DNA of 64,000 bases from Longimicrobiales bacterium (GCA_965198065.1 CBDAON010000003.1:6230-70229); one strand, 5' to 3'. Shown: positions 9,460 to 20,087, counted from the first letter of the stretch. Numbers and translations: made by a program. The notes: generated by a model not told the origin, from the sequence alone.

Positions 9460-11892
9460 ATGGCCCAGTACCGGTTGATCGGAACCAGCCAGACCCCGAA
9501 GGACCTGCGCGCGAAGGTGACGGGGCGAGCGAAGTATGCAGAGGATTTCCGAGCGGACGGGATGGCGTTCGCGAAGCTCCTCCTGAGCCCGGTCCCCCGC
9601 GGGCGGGTGCGTCGCCTGGACGTGAGCCGTGCGCTCGCGATGCCGGGCGTCTTAGCGGTGCTCACGGCCGACGAGCTCAGTAGCGGGGGCGGGGGAGATG
9701 TGCCCGCCAGCGAATACCAGGGCGTGGAGCCGGTTCTGACCAACAACCCGCTTTACGTCGGACAGCCGATGGCGGCCGTGGCGGCCGAGAACGAGACCCT
9801 CGCCGCGGAGGCCGTAGCGGCCATCCAGCTGGATATGGAAAGGCTGCCGTTCGCACTGGATCCCCTGGACACGCTTCGGGAAGGTGGGCCGAACTCGCTA
9901 GAGGTCGGGAACGCGTACGCCAGCGGCGAGCTGGGCGAGGTGAAGTGGACGGCCGAGCAGATGGCCGCGCTCGAGGGTGAAACCTTCCCGGAGATCGACT
10001 TTCCGGGCCTTTCGGGCTGGGAGGTAGGGGACTGGCAAGCCGCCTTCGCGAACGCGGACTGGATCGTGGAGCAGCCCATCGTCCACCAATCGCAGACCCA
10101 TCACCCGATGGAGCCCAGGAGCGCGATGGCGTACTGGCAGAACGGGAGGTGCCACCTCCACTGCTCGGCGCAGAGCACGGCCAGGACCGCGGCCGGACAC
10201 GCCGCGCGCCTGGGGCTCGATCAGGAGGATCTGGTCCTCGTGGCCCAGTACTGCGGAGGCGGCTTCGGCAGCAAGGGAGCCGGATCGGTCACGGATGTGA
10301 TCCCCGCCCTCCTCGCCAGAAAGGCGGGACGGCCGGTGATGCTCCGCGTAACGCGCGACGAGGAAACGTATTTCGGCAGGGCGCGCGCAGGGATGGCCGG
10401 CTGGGTCAAGATGGGCTTCCGGACAGGCGGGCGACTGGTGGCGCTCGATCTCCTGCTGATCCAGGACGGCGGATCGTACGGACAGCGCGGGGACTTCCGG
10501 TCCGCCGCCTCCATCGCGTCCTTGGCCTATCAGCCCGAGACCATGCGGTTCCGGGGCATCTCTGTCGTCACCAACACGCCCCCTCGGGGCGCGCAGCGCG
10601 GTCCGGGAGGCGCCCAGAGCATCACGATGCTCGGTCCGGTGATGGACCGCGCGGCCCGGGAGATGGGCGTGGACCGGGCCGAGATCCTCTACCTGAATGC
10701 ACCTCCGGATCAGGCGACGTACCAGCCCGGGTCCAGCCGGGTCACGAGCGCCTACGTGAAGGAGGCGATCAAGCTGGGCCGGCAGCTGTTCCGCTGGGAG
10801 GAGAAGAAGGCCCTGAGCGGGCAGGTCAATGGCTCGAAGGTCACAGGGGTGGGGGTGGCCATCAGCCCCTACTCGGCGGGGAGCTCGGGGTACGACGGGC
10901 TCCTGATCATCCGCCCCGACGGGAGACTCACGATCCACACCGGGGTCGGGAACCTCGGCACGAGCTCTGTCTTCGACACGTCGATGGCCGCGGCCGAGGT
11001 ACTCGGGGTGCCGTGGGAGGAGGTGGAGGTCGTGTGGGGAGACTCGAGCCTCGGACTTCCCTGGAGCGCCATGCAGGTCGGGAGCCAGACGACCCACGCT
11101 CACACGCGGGCCAACTACGCCACCGGTCTCCGCGCCAAGCGTCTCCTCCAGGAAGTCGCGGCCCGGGATCTGGGCGGGCCACCCGAGAGCTACGAGCTGG
11201 GGGGCGGCCGCGTCTTCCGGAGTGGCGATGCTTCCGTCGGGATGACGTTCGCTCAGGCGGCGCGGCGGGCAATCGAGCTGGGCAGCCGCTACGACGGTCA
11301 CGAGCTTCCCGAGAGCCTGAACGAGATGACGGTGCGGGCCGTCGAGACGCATCTCGTGGGTCAGGGGCTCGTGGCGGCGGCGACCGACGAGTTCTCGCAC
11401 GAGGGCTCCAGCCGCTCGACCGTTGTGGCATTCGCGGTGGTGGACGTGGACCGGGAGACCGGTATGGTAGAGGTCCGGGAGCTCACGGCCGTGGCGGATT
11501 GCGGGACGGTCCTGAACCCGCGGAACCTCAAGGCTCAGGTGGGCGGTGGCGTGTTGCAGGGGATGAGCCAGGCCCGGTTCGAGACGTGGAGCTACGACCC
11601 TCGTTGGGGAGTCAACCAGAACCGGCGGCTCCATACGGCGAAGCCCATCACACTTCAGGACACGCCGCTCGAGTACGAGTTCGCCGCGGTGGACATCCCG
11701 GACCGCGAGAACCCGGTCGGATCCCGGGGGATCGGCGAGCCTCCGGTGGGCGCGGGCGCGGCGGTCGTGCTCTCGGCCATCTACGACGCGATCGGGGTCT
11801 ACCTCAATCGGACGCCGCTCACGCCAGACAAGATCCTGAACGCGCTGGAAGGCGGCTCACCCGGCTACACGTCGCTCCAGATGCACGTCTGA
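9460..11892 (+). CDS. Xanthine dehydrogenase/aldehyde oxidase family molybdopterin-binding large subunit
   Basis: 810 aa. LRAKVTGRAKYAEDF, QSQTHHPMEP, GGGFGSKG, and GIGEPPVGAGAAVV near the C-terminus. Confidence 0.9.
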   Translation: MAQYRLIGTSQTPKDLRAKVTGRAKYAEDFRADGMAFAKLLLSPVPRGRVRRLDVSRALAMPGVLAVLTADELSSGGGGDVPASEYQGVEPVLTNNPLYVGQPMAAVAAENETLAAEAVAAIQLDMERLPFALDPLDTLREGGPNSLEVGNAYASGELGEVKWTAEQMAALEGETFPEIDFPGLSGWEVGDWQAAFANADWIVEQPIVHQSQTHHPMEPRSAMAYWQNGRCHLHCSAQSTARTAAGHAARLGLDQEDLVLVAQYCGGGFGSKGAGSVTDVIPALLARKAGRPVMLRVTRDEETYFGRARAGMAGWVKMGFRTGGRLVALDLLLIQDGGSYGQRGDFRSAASIASLAYQPETMRFRGISVVTNTPPRGAQRGPGGAQSITMLGPVMDRAAREMGVDRAEILYLNAPPDQATYQPGSSRVTSAYVKEAIKLGRQLFRWEEKKALSGQVNGSKVTGVGVAISPYSAGSSGYDGLLIIRPDGRLTIHTGVGNLGTSSVFDTSMAAAEVLGVPWEEVEVVWGDSSLGLPWSAMQVGSQTTHAHTRANYATGLRAKRLLQEVAARDLGGPPESYELGGGRVFRSGDASVGMTFAQAARRAIELGSRYDGHELPESLNEMTVRAVETHLVGQGLVAAATDEFSHEGSSRSTVVAFAVVDVDRETGMVEVRELTAVADCGTVLNPRNLKAQVGGGVLQGMSQARFETWSYDPRWGVNQNRRLHTAKPITLQDTPLEYEFAAVDIPDRENPVGSRGIGEPPVGAGAAVVLSAIYDAIGVYLNRTPLTPDKILNALEGGSPGYTSLQMHV

Positions 11893-11996
11893 CGGGAGTC
11901 GCGCCTGCCGGGCATTGAGGCGGCCGCTTCATCGACGGACCCCGCGACGGCCCGCCACGGAGCCTGCCGCGACCCGACGACGACGGCCCCCCCAGC

Positions 11997-12776
11997 TTAC
12001 CGCGGGATCCGGTGCCAGCTGCGCGTGGGCGAGCGCGGCTGACGCCATCCATGGTACGGATGCTCCGCCAGGAGGCTCGGGTTCCGGAAGAGCCAGATGA
12101 GCAGCGCACCCGCTCCGAATCCCCCCACGTGGGCCCAGAACGCCACCCCACCGCCCTCCGCCCCCTGGGTGGCCAGGCCGCTCAGTAGCTGCACGACGAA
12201 CCAGTAGCCCAGCATCAGCACGGCCGGGACCGCAATCGTCCGGATGAAGAAGCCTAAGAAGATGAGCATGTGGACGTGCACGCGCGGGTACAGGAGCACG
12301 TAGGCACCCATGACCCCGCCGATCGCGCCCGAAGCGCCGACCATCGGAACCGGGGACGCCGGATTCGTCGCGACCTGCACCCCCCCGGCCGCGAGCCCGC
12401 AAAGCAGGTAGAAGACAACGAAGCGGGCGTGGCCCATCGAGTCCTCCACGTTGTTCCCGAAGATCCCGAGGAACCACATGTTCCCGATGAGGTGCATCCA
12501 GCTGCCGTGCATGAACATCGACGTCATCACGGTGTGCCACGCGAGTCCGCCGCCGAGAACGCACTCGGCGCCGGGTCCGAGCTGGAGCCGCGTGCCCGAC
12601 GGGACCGACTGGAGGAGCTCGCCCGGAATGAGCCCGAGCCGACAGATGGAGCTCGAGAGGAGCGGCTCTGAGCCAGCCCCCTGAAGCAAGACCCACGCCG
12701 CGACGTTGAGCGCGACGATACCCCAGGTCACGACCGGGGTGAGGATGGGGGGATTGTCGTCCCGGATCGGAATCAT
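11997..12776 (-). CDS. Rhomboid family intramembrane serine protease
   Basis: HGSWMHLIGNMWFL and GASGAIGGVMGAY motifs; 6-7 TM segments. Confidence 0.9.
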   Translation of the reverse strand: MIPIRDDNPPILTPVVTWGIVALNVAAWVLLQGAGSEPLLSSSICRLGLIPGELLQSVPSGTRLQLGPGAECVLGGGLAWHTVMTSMFMHGSWMHLIGNMWFLGIFGNNVEDSMGHARFVVFYLLCGLAAGGVQVATNPASPVPMVGASGAIGGVMGAYVLLYPRVHVHMLIFLGFFIRTIAVPAVLMLGYWFVVQLLSGLATQGAEGGGVAFWAHVGGFGAGALLIWLFRNPSLLAEHPYHGWRQPRSPTRSWHRIPR

Positions 12777-12807
12777 TCAGGAAGCCCCGGCCCAGCCCAC
12801 CCGCTCG

Positions 12808-13398
12808 TCAGGGCGTTCGCACGAAACGACCCGTGAAGATGCCTCGGGCCAACACCTTCCCTTCCATGGCCGCCGTGACCGCCGCACGGTCGGCATCCAT
12901 GGGCAGATCCAGCGGGGCGTTCAGCGCATAAAGGGTGAAGGTGTAGTGGTGCATCGGCGGCACGGGGGCACCGGGTCCCCGGTACGGCTGGACCTGCCAC
13001 GCACCCTGAGGAAGAGTGGTGGACTGGGCGGCTCCGGCGCCCTCTGAGAGCGAGGTGGCAGTCCCCGGAATCTTCACGACCATCCAGTGCAGGATGTCCC
13101 CGCTCACCGAGAGGGCGGGACGCACCGGCTCCGGGTCGTTCATCAGCAGCACGAACTCGGCGGTCCCCTCCGGAACGTTCGTCCACGAGAGAGCGGGGGA
13201 TAGTCCTTCGCCCCCGGCGTGCCGCGAGGGGATTACCCCGCCGTCCGGCCAGGCGGTGCTGGTCAGCGCGAGGCCCGGTGGCCTCACTCCCCCTCCCCGC
13301 CCACCCCCTCGTCCCTGGAACGCTTCGACCTCACCGGGGGCGGTGGTGAGCGCCAGCGCAGAGGCCACCATCAGCGCGGTCACGGTCCTGGACGTCAT
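12808..13398 (-). CDS. YbhB/YbcL (PEBP/RKIP) family periplasmic protein
   Basis: ATG at 13398 preceded by GAGGAGG. Signal peptide, then SPALSWTNVPEGTAEFVLLMNDPE..HHYTFTLYAL. Confidence 0.85.
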   Translation of the reverse strand: MTSRTVTALMVASALALTTAPGEVEAFQGRGGGRGGGVRPPGLALTSTAWPDGGVIPSRHAGGEGLSPALSWTNVPEGTAEFVLLMNDPEPVRPALSVSGDILHWMVVKIPGTATSLSEGAGAAQSTTLPQGAWQVQPYRGPGAPVPPMHHYTFTLYALNAPLDLPMDADRAAVTAAMEGKVLARGIFTGRFVRTP

Positions 13399-13532
13399 CT
13401 CGCAAACCTCCTCTGGTCGAACGCGTCGTTGTGAGCCCGGGCGTTTCTGAGCGCCTCCAATGTAATGCGAGCGCGCGCCCGTGCGGCACGTGATAGATTC
13501 CTGAGCGACTCCCAGGCAAACGATGGCACGCG

Positions 13533-14297
13533 ATGACACTCCTTACTTTAGTCCGTCAGAGCACCCGGTCGAGGACGCCGCGGCTCTTGATGTGGGGCGC
13601 CGTGCTCGCTCTCCTGGCTGCCCCCTCTTCCGGTAGGGCGCAGTCTGCCGGAACGGGGAGCGCCGAGGATGCCGCCGCTCTCCCGGAGGCGATTCCGCTG
13701 TTCCCACTTCCCGACGTCACGCTCTTCCCCGGCGTGGATCAGGAGTTCCACATATTCGAGCCGCGCTACCGTGCGATGGTGGCGGATGCCGTGGAGGGCG
13801 ACCAGGTGATCGGCGTGGTGATCCTTCGCCCCGGGTGGGAGGGCGACTACGAGGGGAACCCGCCGGTCTTCGAGATCGGGGGCGCCGGTACGATCGAGAG
13901 CTACGAGCGGTTGCCGGATGGGCGCTACGACATGGTGGTGAGGGGATTCGTGAAAGTCCGCATCCTGAGCGAGGACACCAGCGGGCCCTACCGCGTGGCA
14001 CGGGTGGAAGCGATTCCCGAGACGACGATTCCTGTCGAGGATCGCGCTCGGCTGAGCCAGGAGCGCGAGCGGCTCTTGGAGCTCGTTTACTCCATCTTCC
14101 CCAATGCGCAGCTACCGGCAGGCCTCACCGACGAGGTGTTCGTGAACCACCTGGCTCAGTTCGTCCCGATCGATCCAGGCGATCGGCAGGCCCTGCTGGA
14201 GCTGGATGGCGTGCTCGATCGCTCGGAGGCCCTGATCGACCTGCTCGAGGCGATGCGTCCGACCTCCCAGGCGCTCGCGGGCGCTGGCGCCCGGTAG
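13533..14297 (+). CDS. LON N-terminal (substrate-binding) domain protein
   Basis: IPLFPLPDVTLFPGVDQEFHIFEPRYRAMV, typical of stand-alone Lon N-domain proteins; an N-terminal signal-like segment is present. Confidence 0.8.
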   Translation: MTLLTLVRQSTRSRTPRLLMWGAVLALLAAPSSGRAQSAGTGSAEDAAALPEAIPLFPLPDVTLFPGVDQEFHIFEPRYRAMVADAVEGDQVIGVVILRPGWEGDYEGNPPVFEIGGAGTIESYERLPDGRYDMVVRGFVKVRILSEDTSGPYRVARVEAIPETTIPVEDRARLSQERERLLELVYSIFPNAQLPAGLTDEVFVNHLAQFVPIDPGDRQALLELDGVLDRSEALIDLLEAMRPTSQALAGAGAR

Positions 14298-14408
14298 CCC
14301 GAACCCAAGAGGTGGGGCGCAATCGTACTTGACGGACTCTCCACCCGCTCCCCACCGTACGACACAGCCCACATGAGCTGCTGCGCTCGCCACCGCGGAG
14401 GATCCGCC

Positions 14409-16613
14409 ATGAGACTTCTAGACCTTCATCCCCCACGCGCCCTGAGGGCGATCTGCGCCTGCGCGGCCGCGACCCTGGCCGCGTGCTCGACCGACGGAGG
14501 CGTGCCCGAAGCTCCGGATCTACGGATCGAGAGCCTCTCCACCCGCCCCTATCTGGTCACCGGAGGCGACGTGCTGCTGAGCGTCGAGCTCGGGCCCGGG
14601 GTGGCGGCGGAAGGCGTGGAGATCCTCGCCAACGGACGAGACGTGACGAGCCACTTCCGACCCGTCGAAGGCAGCGGACGGCTCGTGGGCCTCGTGTACG
14701 GGCTCCATGAGGGCCCCAACACGGTCGAAGCTCGGATTCCCGGCGGCGCCGGAGCCGAGCTCCAGGTTACCAACTATCCGATCTGGGGCCCCATCATCTC
14801 CGGTCCGCACGAGTCGCCCTTCCTCTGCCAGACCGAGGAGTTCACGCTCGCCACGGGATCGAATCTCGGCGCGGCGCTGGACGAGCACTGCTCCGTCGAG
14901 ACCCGCGTGGACTACGTGTACTTCTCGACGTCGGACGACGACTTCAAGCCTTACACGGCCGCCGCAATGGACGTGGCGCAAGTCACCACGCTCGATGGGG
15001 AGGCCGTTCCGTTTATCGTGCGCGTCGAGACGGGGACCCTGAACCGCGCCATCTACCAGAGCGCGCTGCTCCACGACCTGGCCGACCCAACCCCCGACCC
15101 GTGGACGCCCAGCCGGGGTTGGAACGGCAAGCTCGTCTACACGCACGGAGGCGGGTGCCGGAGAGGATGGTTCCGCCAGGGCAGCGGCACGGGCACGGTC
15201 CTCAACCAGGGGCTGCTCGAGATGGGGTACGCCGTCACGTCGGCTTCGTTGAATGTCTACGGCAGCAACTGCAACGACCTGCTCGCGTCAGAGACGCACA
15301 TCATGGTGAAGGAGCGGTTCGTCGAGGCGTACGGTGAGCTGGTCTACACCATCGGTACCGGGGGATCGGGGGGCTCGTACCAGAGCCATCAGACCGCTGA
15401 CAATTACCCGGGAGTGTTCGACGGCATCATGGTGTCCTCGAGCTTCCCGGACGTGACCTCGGCCACGATCTTCACGCTCGCCGACGCCCGGCTCCTGCAC
15501 CACTACTTTACGAACGTCGTGCCCGGCCTCTTCACCCGTGAGGAAGAGCAACTGATCTCCGGGTTCGGTTCCTGGGGGAGCATCGCGAACCTGAGCGCCG
15601 GAGCGGCGCGGATCGACCCGACGTACGAGGAAGGTGTGCCCGACGAGGCCCAGGGCGCCGAGGTGAGTCTCCCGGAGCTCGAGCCGATGCGCTACAGCGA
15701 AGCGAACCCCCATGGAATCCGCGCCACGGTTTACGACCACACGGTCAACGTCTACGGCGTCGACGCCGCCACCGGCTTCGCGGCCCGGCCCCTCGACAAC
15801 CACGGCGTACAGTACGGGCTGGCCGTGCTGAACCGCGGCGAGATCACCAAGGAGCAGTTCCTCGCGCTGAACGGGGACATCGGGGGGTTCGACGCCGACC
15901 TGAACCACGTGTCCGACCGGCACCGGGCCGATCCACAGGCGGCGAGGCGTGCTCTCGACACCGGGCGGATCCTGAACGGCGGCGCGGGGCTCGCCTCCAC
16001 CCCAGTCATCGATTACAGGAGCTATGGGGACGACCGTGAGGGTGGCGACATCCACATGATCGTGCACCAGTTCACGACGCGCGCGCGGCTCCAGAAGGCA
16101 AACGGCCACGCAGCCAACCACGTGATGGCAATCGGGGGGGAGTGGGGCTACACGGAGGACCGGCCGGACCTGGGCGTGCTCTTCCGACAGATGGACGAGT
16201 GGCTCATGAACCTCGTGGAGGGTGACGAGCTGGGGCCCCGGGCCGAGCGAGTCGTGGGAGCCAAGCCTGCCGGCCTCGTCGATCAGTGCTGGGACACGCG
16301 GGGAGCGGAGCGGGTCAACGTGCAGGAGCCCCTCTCCTTCGAAGGGAACGGAACCTGCGGCGATCTTTATCGGCCGTTCCCCACTGCACGCCACGTCGCG
16401 GGGGCCCCGCTGACCAACGACATCGTGAGCTGTCGCCTGAAGCCGCTCGACCCCTCGGACTACGAGGTCACGTTCACCCCCACCGAGTGGGCCGAGCTAG
16501 AGGCGATGTTCCCGGAGGGCGTCTGCGATTGGAACCAGCCCGACGCCCACAGCGAGGGCTATCAGGGAACGTGGCTCTCGCTCGGCCCGTCGGACGTCAA
16601 TCCGGCGCGCTGA
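14409..16613 (+). CDS. Secreted lipoprotein, DUF6351 / tannase-like alpha/beta hydrolase (tentative)
   Basis: ATG 14409 with GGAGGA 6 nt upstream. Lipobox AATLAAC. GTGGSGGSYQSHQ nucleophile-elbow-like block. Confidence 0.6.
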   Translation: MRLLDLHPPRALRAICACAAATLAACSTDGGVPEAPDLRIESLSTRPYLVTGGDVLLSVELGPGVAAEGVEILANGRDVTSHFRPVEGSGRLVGLVYGLHEGPNTVEARIPGGAGAELQVTNYPIWGPIISGPHESPFLCQTEEFTLATGSNLGAALDEHCSVETRVDYVYFSTSDDDFKPYTAAAMDVAQVTTLDGEAVPFIVRVETGTLNRAIYQSALLHDLADPTPDPWTPSRGWNGKLVYTHGGGCRRGWFRQGSGTGTVLNQGLLEMGYAVTSASLNVYGSNCNDLLASETHIMVKERFVEAYGELVYTIGTGGSGGSYQSHQTADNYPGVFDGIMVSSSFPDVTSATIFTLADARLLHHYFTNVVPGLFTREEEQLISGFGSWGSIANLSAGAARIDPTYEEGVPDEAQGAEVSLPELEPMRYSEANPHGIRATVYDHTVNVYGVDAATGFAARPLDNHGVQYGLAVLNRGEITKEQFLALNGDIGGFDADLNHVSDRHRADPQAARRALDTGRILNGGAGLASTPVIDYRSYGDDREGGDIHMIVHQFTTRARLQKANGHAANHVMAIGGEWGYTEDRPDLGVLFRQMDEWLMNLVEGDELGPRAERVVGAKPAGLVDQCWDTRGAERVNVQEPLSFEGNGTCGDLYRPFPTARHVAGAPLTNDIVSCRLKPLDPSDYEVTFTPTEWAELEAMFPEGVCDWNQPDAHSEGYQGTWLSLGPSDVNPAR

Positions 16614-16688
16614 GCGCGTTCCTGCGGGAACTGTCGCGGTCGGGAACGCACGGCGCTTCCAACGGGCCGGAGCGGGTAGCTCCTGAAG

Positions 16689-16718
16689 CCCGGCCCTCCC
16701 AGGTTCGGGAGGGCCGGG
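16689..16718 (+). terminator. 12-bp perfect GC hairpin downstream of 14409..16613
   Basis: CCCGGCCCTCCC-aggttc-GGGAGGGCCGGG read directly. It is followed by TGAGTTGTG, so there is no clean U-tract. Confidence 0.4.
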
Positions 16719-17004
16719 TGAGTTGTGCCGCTGGACCTCCTCAGTCGGTCACGTGGACGGCCTGTATCTCGAGGAAGTTTCTCACCTCGTTCCCCACGAA
16801 GACGCCGCCCGTCTCAGGCGCCTGAGCCCGCCGTCGCCGGCCGGCCGAGAGTCCGCCTCCGAGCCCCCGCCGGGAGCATACTCTCAGGCCACCTTTCCAT
16901 TCTGTCGCATAACCCCACATTCACGGTCGTCAGCGCGCCCGGTGCTCGGTGACGGGATGGTCGTCGGCGCGCGGTGCCGGACGACGGGATGGAGGCCCCA
17001 GGGC

Positions 17005-19239
17005 ATGAGCTCCAACGCTCGAGCGGAACAAGCCCCGACCCGGGGACACGGATTCGGCACCTGGCCGGTGTTCCTGGCCAGCGTGAGCACGATCCTCGGC
17101 GCCATCATGCTCCTCCGGTTCGGCTACGCGGTGGGGCACGTGGGGTTACTTGGGGCCCTCGCCATCATCGCCCTGGGACACCTCGTCACGGTCCCGACGG
17201 CGCTCGCAATCGCCGAGATCGCGACCAACCGGCGAGTCGAGGGGGGCGGCGAGTACTTCATCATCTCCCGATCGTTCGGAACCACAATCGGGGGGGCGAT
17301 TGGGATCAGCCTCTACCTGTCCCAGGCGATTTCGGTGGCGTTCTACATGATCGCGTTTGCGGAGGCCTTCTCGCCGCTCGCGGGCTGGTACCAGAACCTG
17401 ACCGGATCCCCGCTCGATCCGCGCATCGTGTCACTGCCCGCCACCCTTGGGCTCGTCGCGTTCGTTCTGACGAAGGGAGCGGACCTGGGCATCAAGGCGC
17501 TCTGGGCCGTGGTGGGGATCCTCGGGATCTCCCTCGTCACGTTCTTCCTCGGGAGCCCGCCTCCGGACATCGTGCCGGAAGGGCTCTCCCTGGTCTCTCA
17601 GCTGGAGGAGAGCGACCCCTTCATCCTCGTGTTCGCCATCGTCTTCCCCGCCTTCACGGGAATGACCGCGGGCGTCGGCCTCTCGGGCGACCTGGCCAAC
17701 CCCCGCCGTTCGATCCCACTCGGCATCATGGCGGCGACGTTCACGGGGATGCTCGTTTACGTGCTCCTCGTTATCAAGCTGTCCACGTCGGCCAGCTCCG
17801 AGGCCCTGGCGACCGACTATCTGATCATGGGCCGAATCGCGCTCTGGGGCCCGATCATCCCCATCGGGTTGGCCGCGGCCACCATCTCCTCGGCCATCGG
17901 CTCGATCCTGGTCGCGCCGCGCACGCTACAGGCCCTCGCCAAAGACCGCATCGTGCCCTTCGAGCGAGCGAACCGATTCCTCGCCGCGCGTGTGGGCGAG
18001 AAAGACGAGCCACGGAACGCAACGTTCGTGACGTCGGCACTCGCCCTCATCTTCGTCACTCTCGGCAACGTGGACGTCGTGGCGAGGATCGTATCGATGT
18101 TCTTCATGGTCACCTACGGAGCGCTCTGCGCGATCTCGTTCCTCGAGCACTTCGCGGCCCGGCCCTCCTACCGCCCCAGCTTCCGATCGAAGTGGTACCT
18201 GAGCCTCACAGGCGCGGTGATGTGCCTGATCCTCATGCTCCAGATGGACCTCGTGTTCGCGCTGGCGGCCATCGTGACCATGTGTGGGCTGTATGTGCTG
18301 ATCCGCCGCGGACGCGGTGGCGCGAACGATCTCGGAGCGATCTTCCAGGGGGTGATGACGCAAGCCACCCGCTACCTCCAGATCCGGCTCCAGAAGAGCC
18401 CGCCGAGCGACTGGCGGCCGAGCGTGATCACGATCTCCCCGCGAACGTTCGATCGCTCGTCTCCCGTCCAACTCCTCGAGTGGCTCTGTCACCGCTACGG
18501 GTTCGGTACTTACCTCCACCACATTCCGGGCATGCTGACCCCGGACACGTTCCGGGAGAGCCGTGTCGTGCAGGAGCATCTGGTGCGGGCCGAGCGCGAG
18601 CGGAGGGGCGCGATCTACATGGACACGATGGTCAGCCCGTCCATGGCCTCCGCGCTGGCGCAGAGCCTCCAGATGCCCGGCGTGTCCGGAATGGAGAACA
18701 ACACGATCCTCTTTGAGCTCGCGGACCACGACGGGGACGAGGTCGTCCAAGAGGTCCTGGCCGGGCTACGCCTCTCCGCGGCCTCCAGGATGAACCAACT
18801 CGTGCTCCGTCACGGGGACAACTTCTTCGGGTCGCACAAGAGCATTCACGTGTGGCTCACCTGGCACGACACCCGAAACGCCAACCTCATGATCCTCCTG
18901 TCGTACATCCTGCTCGGACATCCGGACTGGCGTGAAGCCGAGATCTCCATCTTCGCCGCGTATCCCCGCCAGGAGGCCCGGGAACGAACAGAGCAGCTGA
19001 ACGAGATGATCTCGGGCGGCCGTCTCCTCATCAGCGAGAAGAACGTGCTCGTGATCGGCACGGATGACCGCATCGACTTCGAGCAGCTCGTGGAAGCCCG
19101 CTCGGGGGAAGCGGACCTCGTGCTGGTCGGGTTCACCGACGAGCGACTTGAGCGGCGGGGCGCCGACCTTCTGAAGCGGTTCCCGGATCTCCGGGACGTC
19201 CTCTTCGTCTCGGCCGAGGAGAGGATCTTCATCGAATAG
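17005..19239 (+). CDS. SLC12-like cation-chloride cotransporter / APC-superfamily permease with large cytoplasmic C-domain
   Basis: ATG 17005. FGTWPVFLASVSTILGAIMLLRFGY, GGGEYFIISRSFG, 12 TM segments, ~300-aa soluble tail. Confidence 0.85.
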   Translation: MSSNARAEQAPTRGHGFGTWPVFLASVSTILGAIMLLRFGYAVGHVGLLGALAIIALGHLVTVPTALAIAEIATNRRVEGGGEYFIISRSFGTTIGGAIGISLYLSQAISVAFYMIAFAEAFSPLAGWYQNLTGSPLDPRIVSLPATLGLVAFVLTKGADLGIKALWAVVGILGISLVTFFLGSPPPDIVPEGLSLVSQLEESDPFILVFAIVFPAFTGMTAGVGLSGDLANPRRSIPLGIMAATFTGMLVYVLLVIKLSTSASSEALATDYLIMGRIALWGPIIPIGLAAATISSAIGSILVAPRTLQALAKDRIVPFERANRFLAARVGEKDEPRNATFVTSALALIFVTLGNVDVVARIVSMFFMVTYGALCAISFLEHFAARPSYRPSFRSKWYLSLTGAVMCLILMLQMDLVFALAAIVTMCGLYVLIRRGRGGANDLGAIFQGVMTQATRYLQIRLQKSPPSDWRPSVITISPRTFDRSSPVQLLEWLCHRYGFGTYLHHIPGMLTPDTFRESRVVQEHLVRAERERRGAIYMDTMVSPSMASALAQSLQMPGVSGMENNTILFELADHDGDEVVQEVLAGLRLSAASRMNQLVLRHGDNFFGSHKSIHVWLTWHDTRNANLMILLSYILLGHPDWREAEISIFAAYPRQEARERTEQLNEMISGGRLLISEKNVLVIGTDDRIDFEQLVEARSGEADLVLVGFTDERLERRGADLLKRFPDLRDVLFVSAEERIFIE

Positions 19240-19257
19240 CGGGGGCACGCTGAACGC

Positions 19258-19904
19258 TCAGGTTGACAACGGGAGGTCCGAGATGACCTGCTGTATCTGC
19301 TTGTCGTCCGGCGGACGTCGGTCGGGCGGCCAGGACCGGCTTCGGAGGGAGTAGCTGAAATAGCTGGAAGGGGGAACCCACTCCGGGTCCCTATCTTGCC
19401 CCTCACATCGACCCGGGCGAAGACGTCCAGGTCACCCGAGCCTGGAGTGTGCCCGATCGCCACTGTCCGGTGATCGGGCGGAATCTGGTAGTACGTCCTC
19501 TTCGTGGGACCGAACTCGACGATGGCACGAAGCAGCTCATCCATGGAGCTGGACGCTCCTGAGCTCTGGAGAGCGTCACTCATGTGCCGGCACACCCGCC
19601 CGATCGCGTCGGGCTGGAGCTCGGCTCGACGGCTCTCGAAGTCGGGGCAGTTACAGGTGAGGGCGCCCAGGTTTACCGAATAGCTCACCTCACTCTCCGG
19701 GCCGTCCGATACGGAGACGGTTGACGCGAACGCCACCGGGCGGGGAGGAAGCGAGGTGATCACCTTCACTCCCTTCCGCCCTCGCACCTTCACGCTCGTG
19801 CGGCCCGGCTCGCCGTCGCCGTCCCTGTCTCGGTACACGAACAGCCGAACCGTGAGCCAGAGCAGGAGAAGAGCGAGGATCGCCAGGACGGGATCGGTCG
19901 GCAT
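19258..19904 (-). pseudogene. TM-anchored SWIM-zinc-finger protein with one frameshift
   Basis: N-terminal TM helix. CNCPDF..(17 aa)..CRHM fits CxCxnCxH. The track ORF runs on antisense into the transporter. The +2 frame reads DPEWVPPSSYFSYSL..KQIQQVISDLPLST and stops at 19258-19260. Confidence 0.5.
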
Positions 19905-20087
19905 GGCTCACGGCCCTCTCGGGGCGCGGTCTCGAAGGCCCGGCACCGGTTGCGAACGCAAGGAGATAGCCCCCCGCGGAAGGCCATCCGCAACCAACTT
20001 ATGGGATCGGCCAGGCTGAAACTACCGACCCCCCGTCATGCTGACGCAAAACGAGTGGGGCCCGGGGGAGGAAGCGGGCTCACCCCC

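Noticed and set aside
16740-17004. Possible cyclic-di-AMP (ydaO-type) riboswitch upstream of the cation-chloride transporter.
   Set aside because: No recognisable conserved core. The region also overlaps a long shadow ORF. Unsupported without a covariance-model search.
18846-19257. Portion of ORF 18846..19904 that overlaps the transporter gene antisense.
   Set aside because: The sequence after about 19400 is low-complexity Arg/Ser-rich. A one-base frame change gives a plausible tail ending just past the transporter stop.
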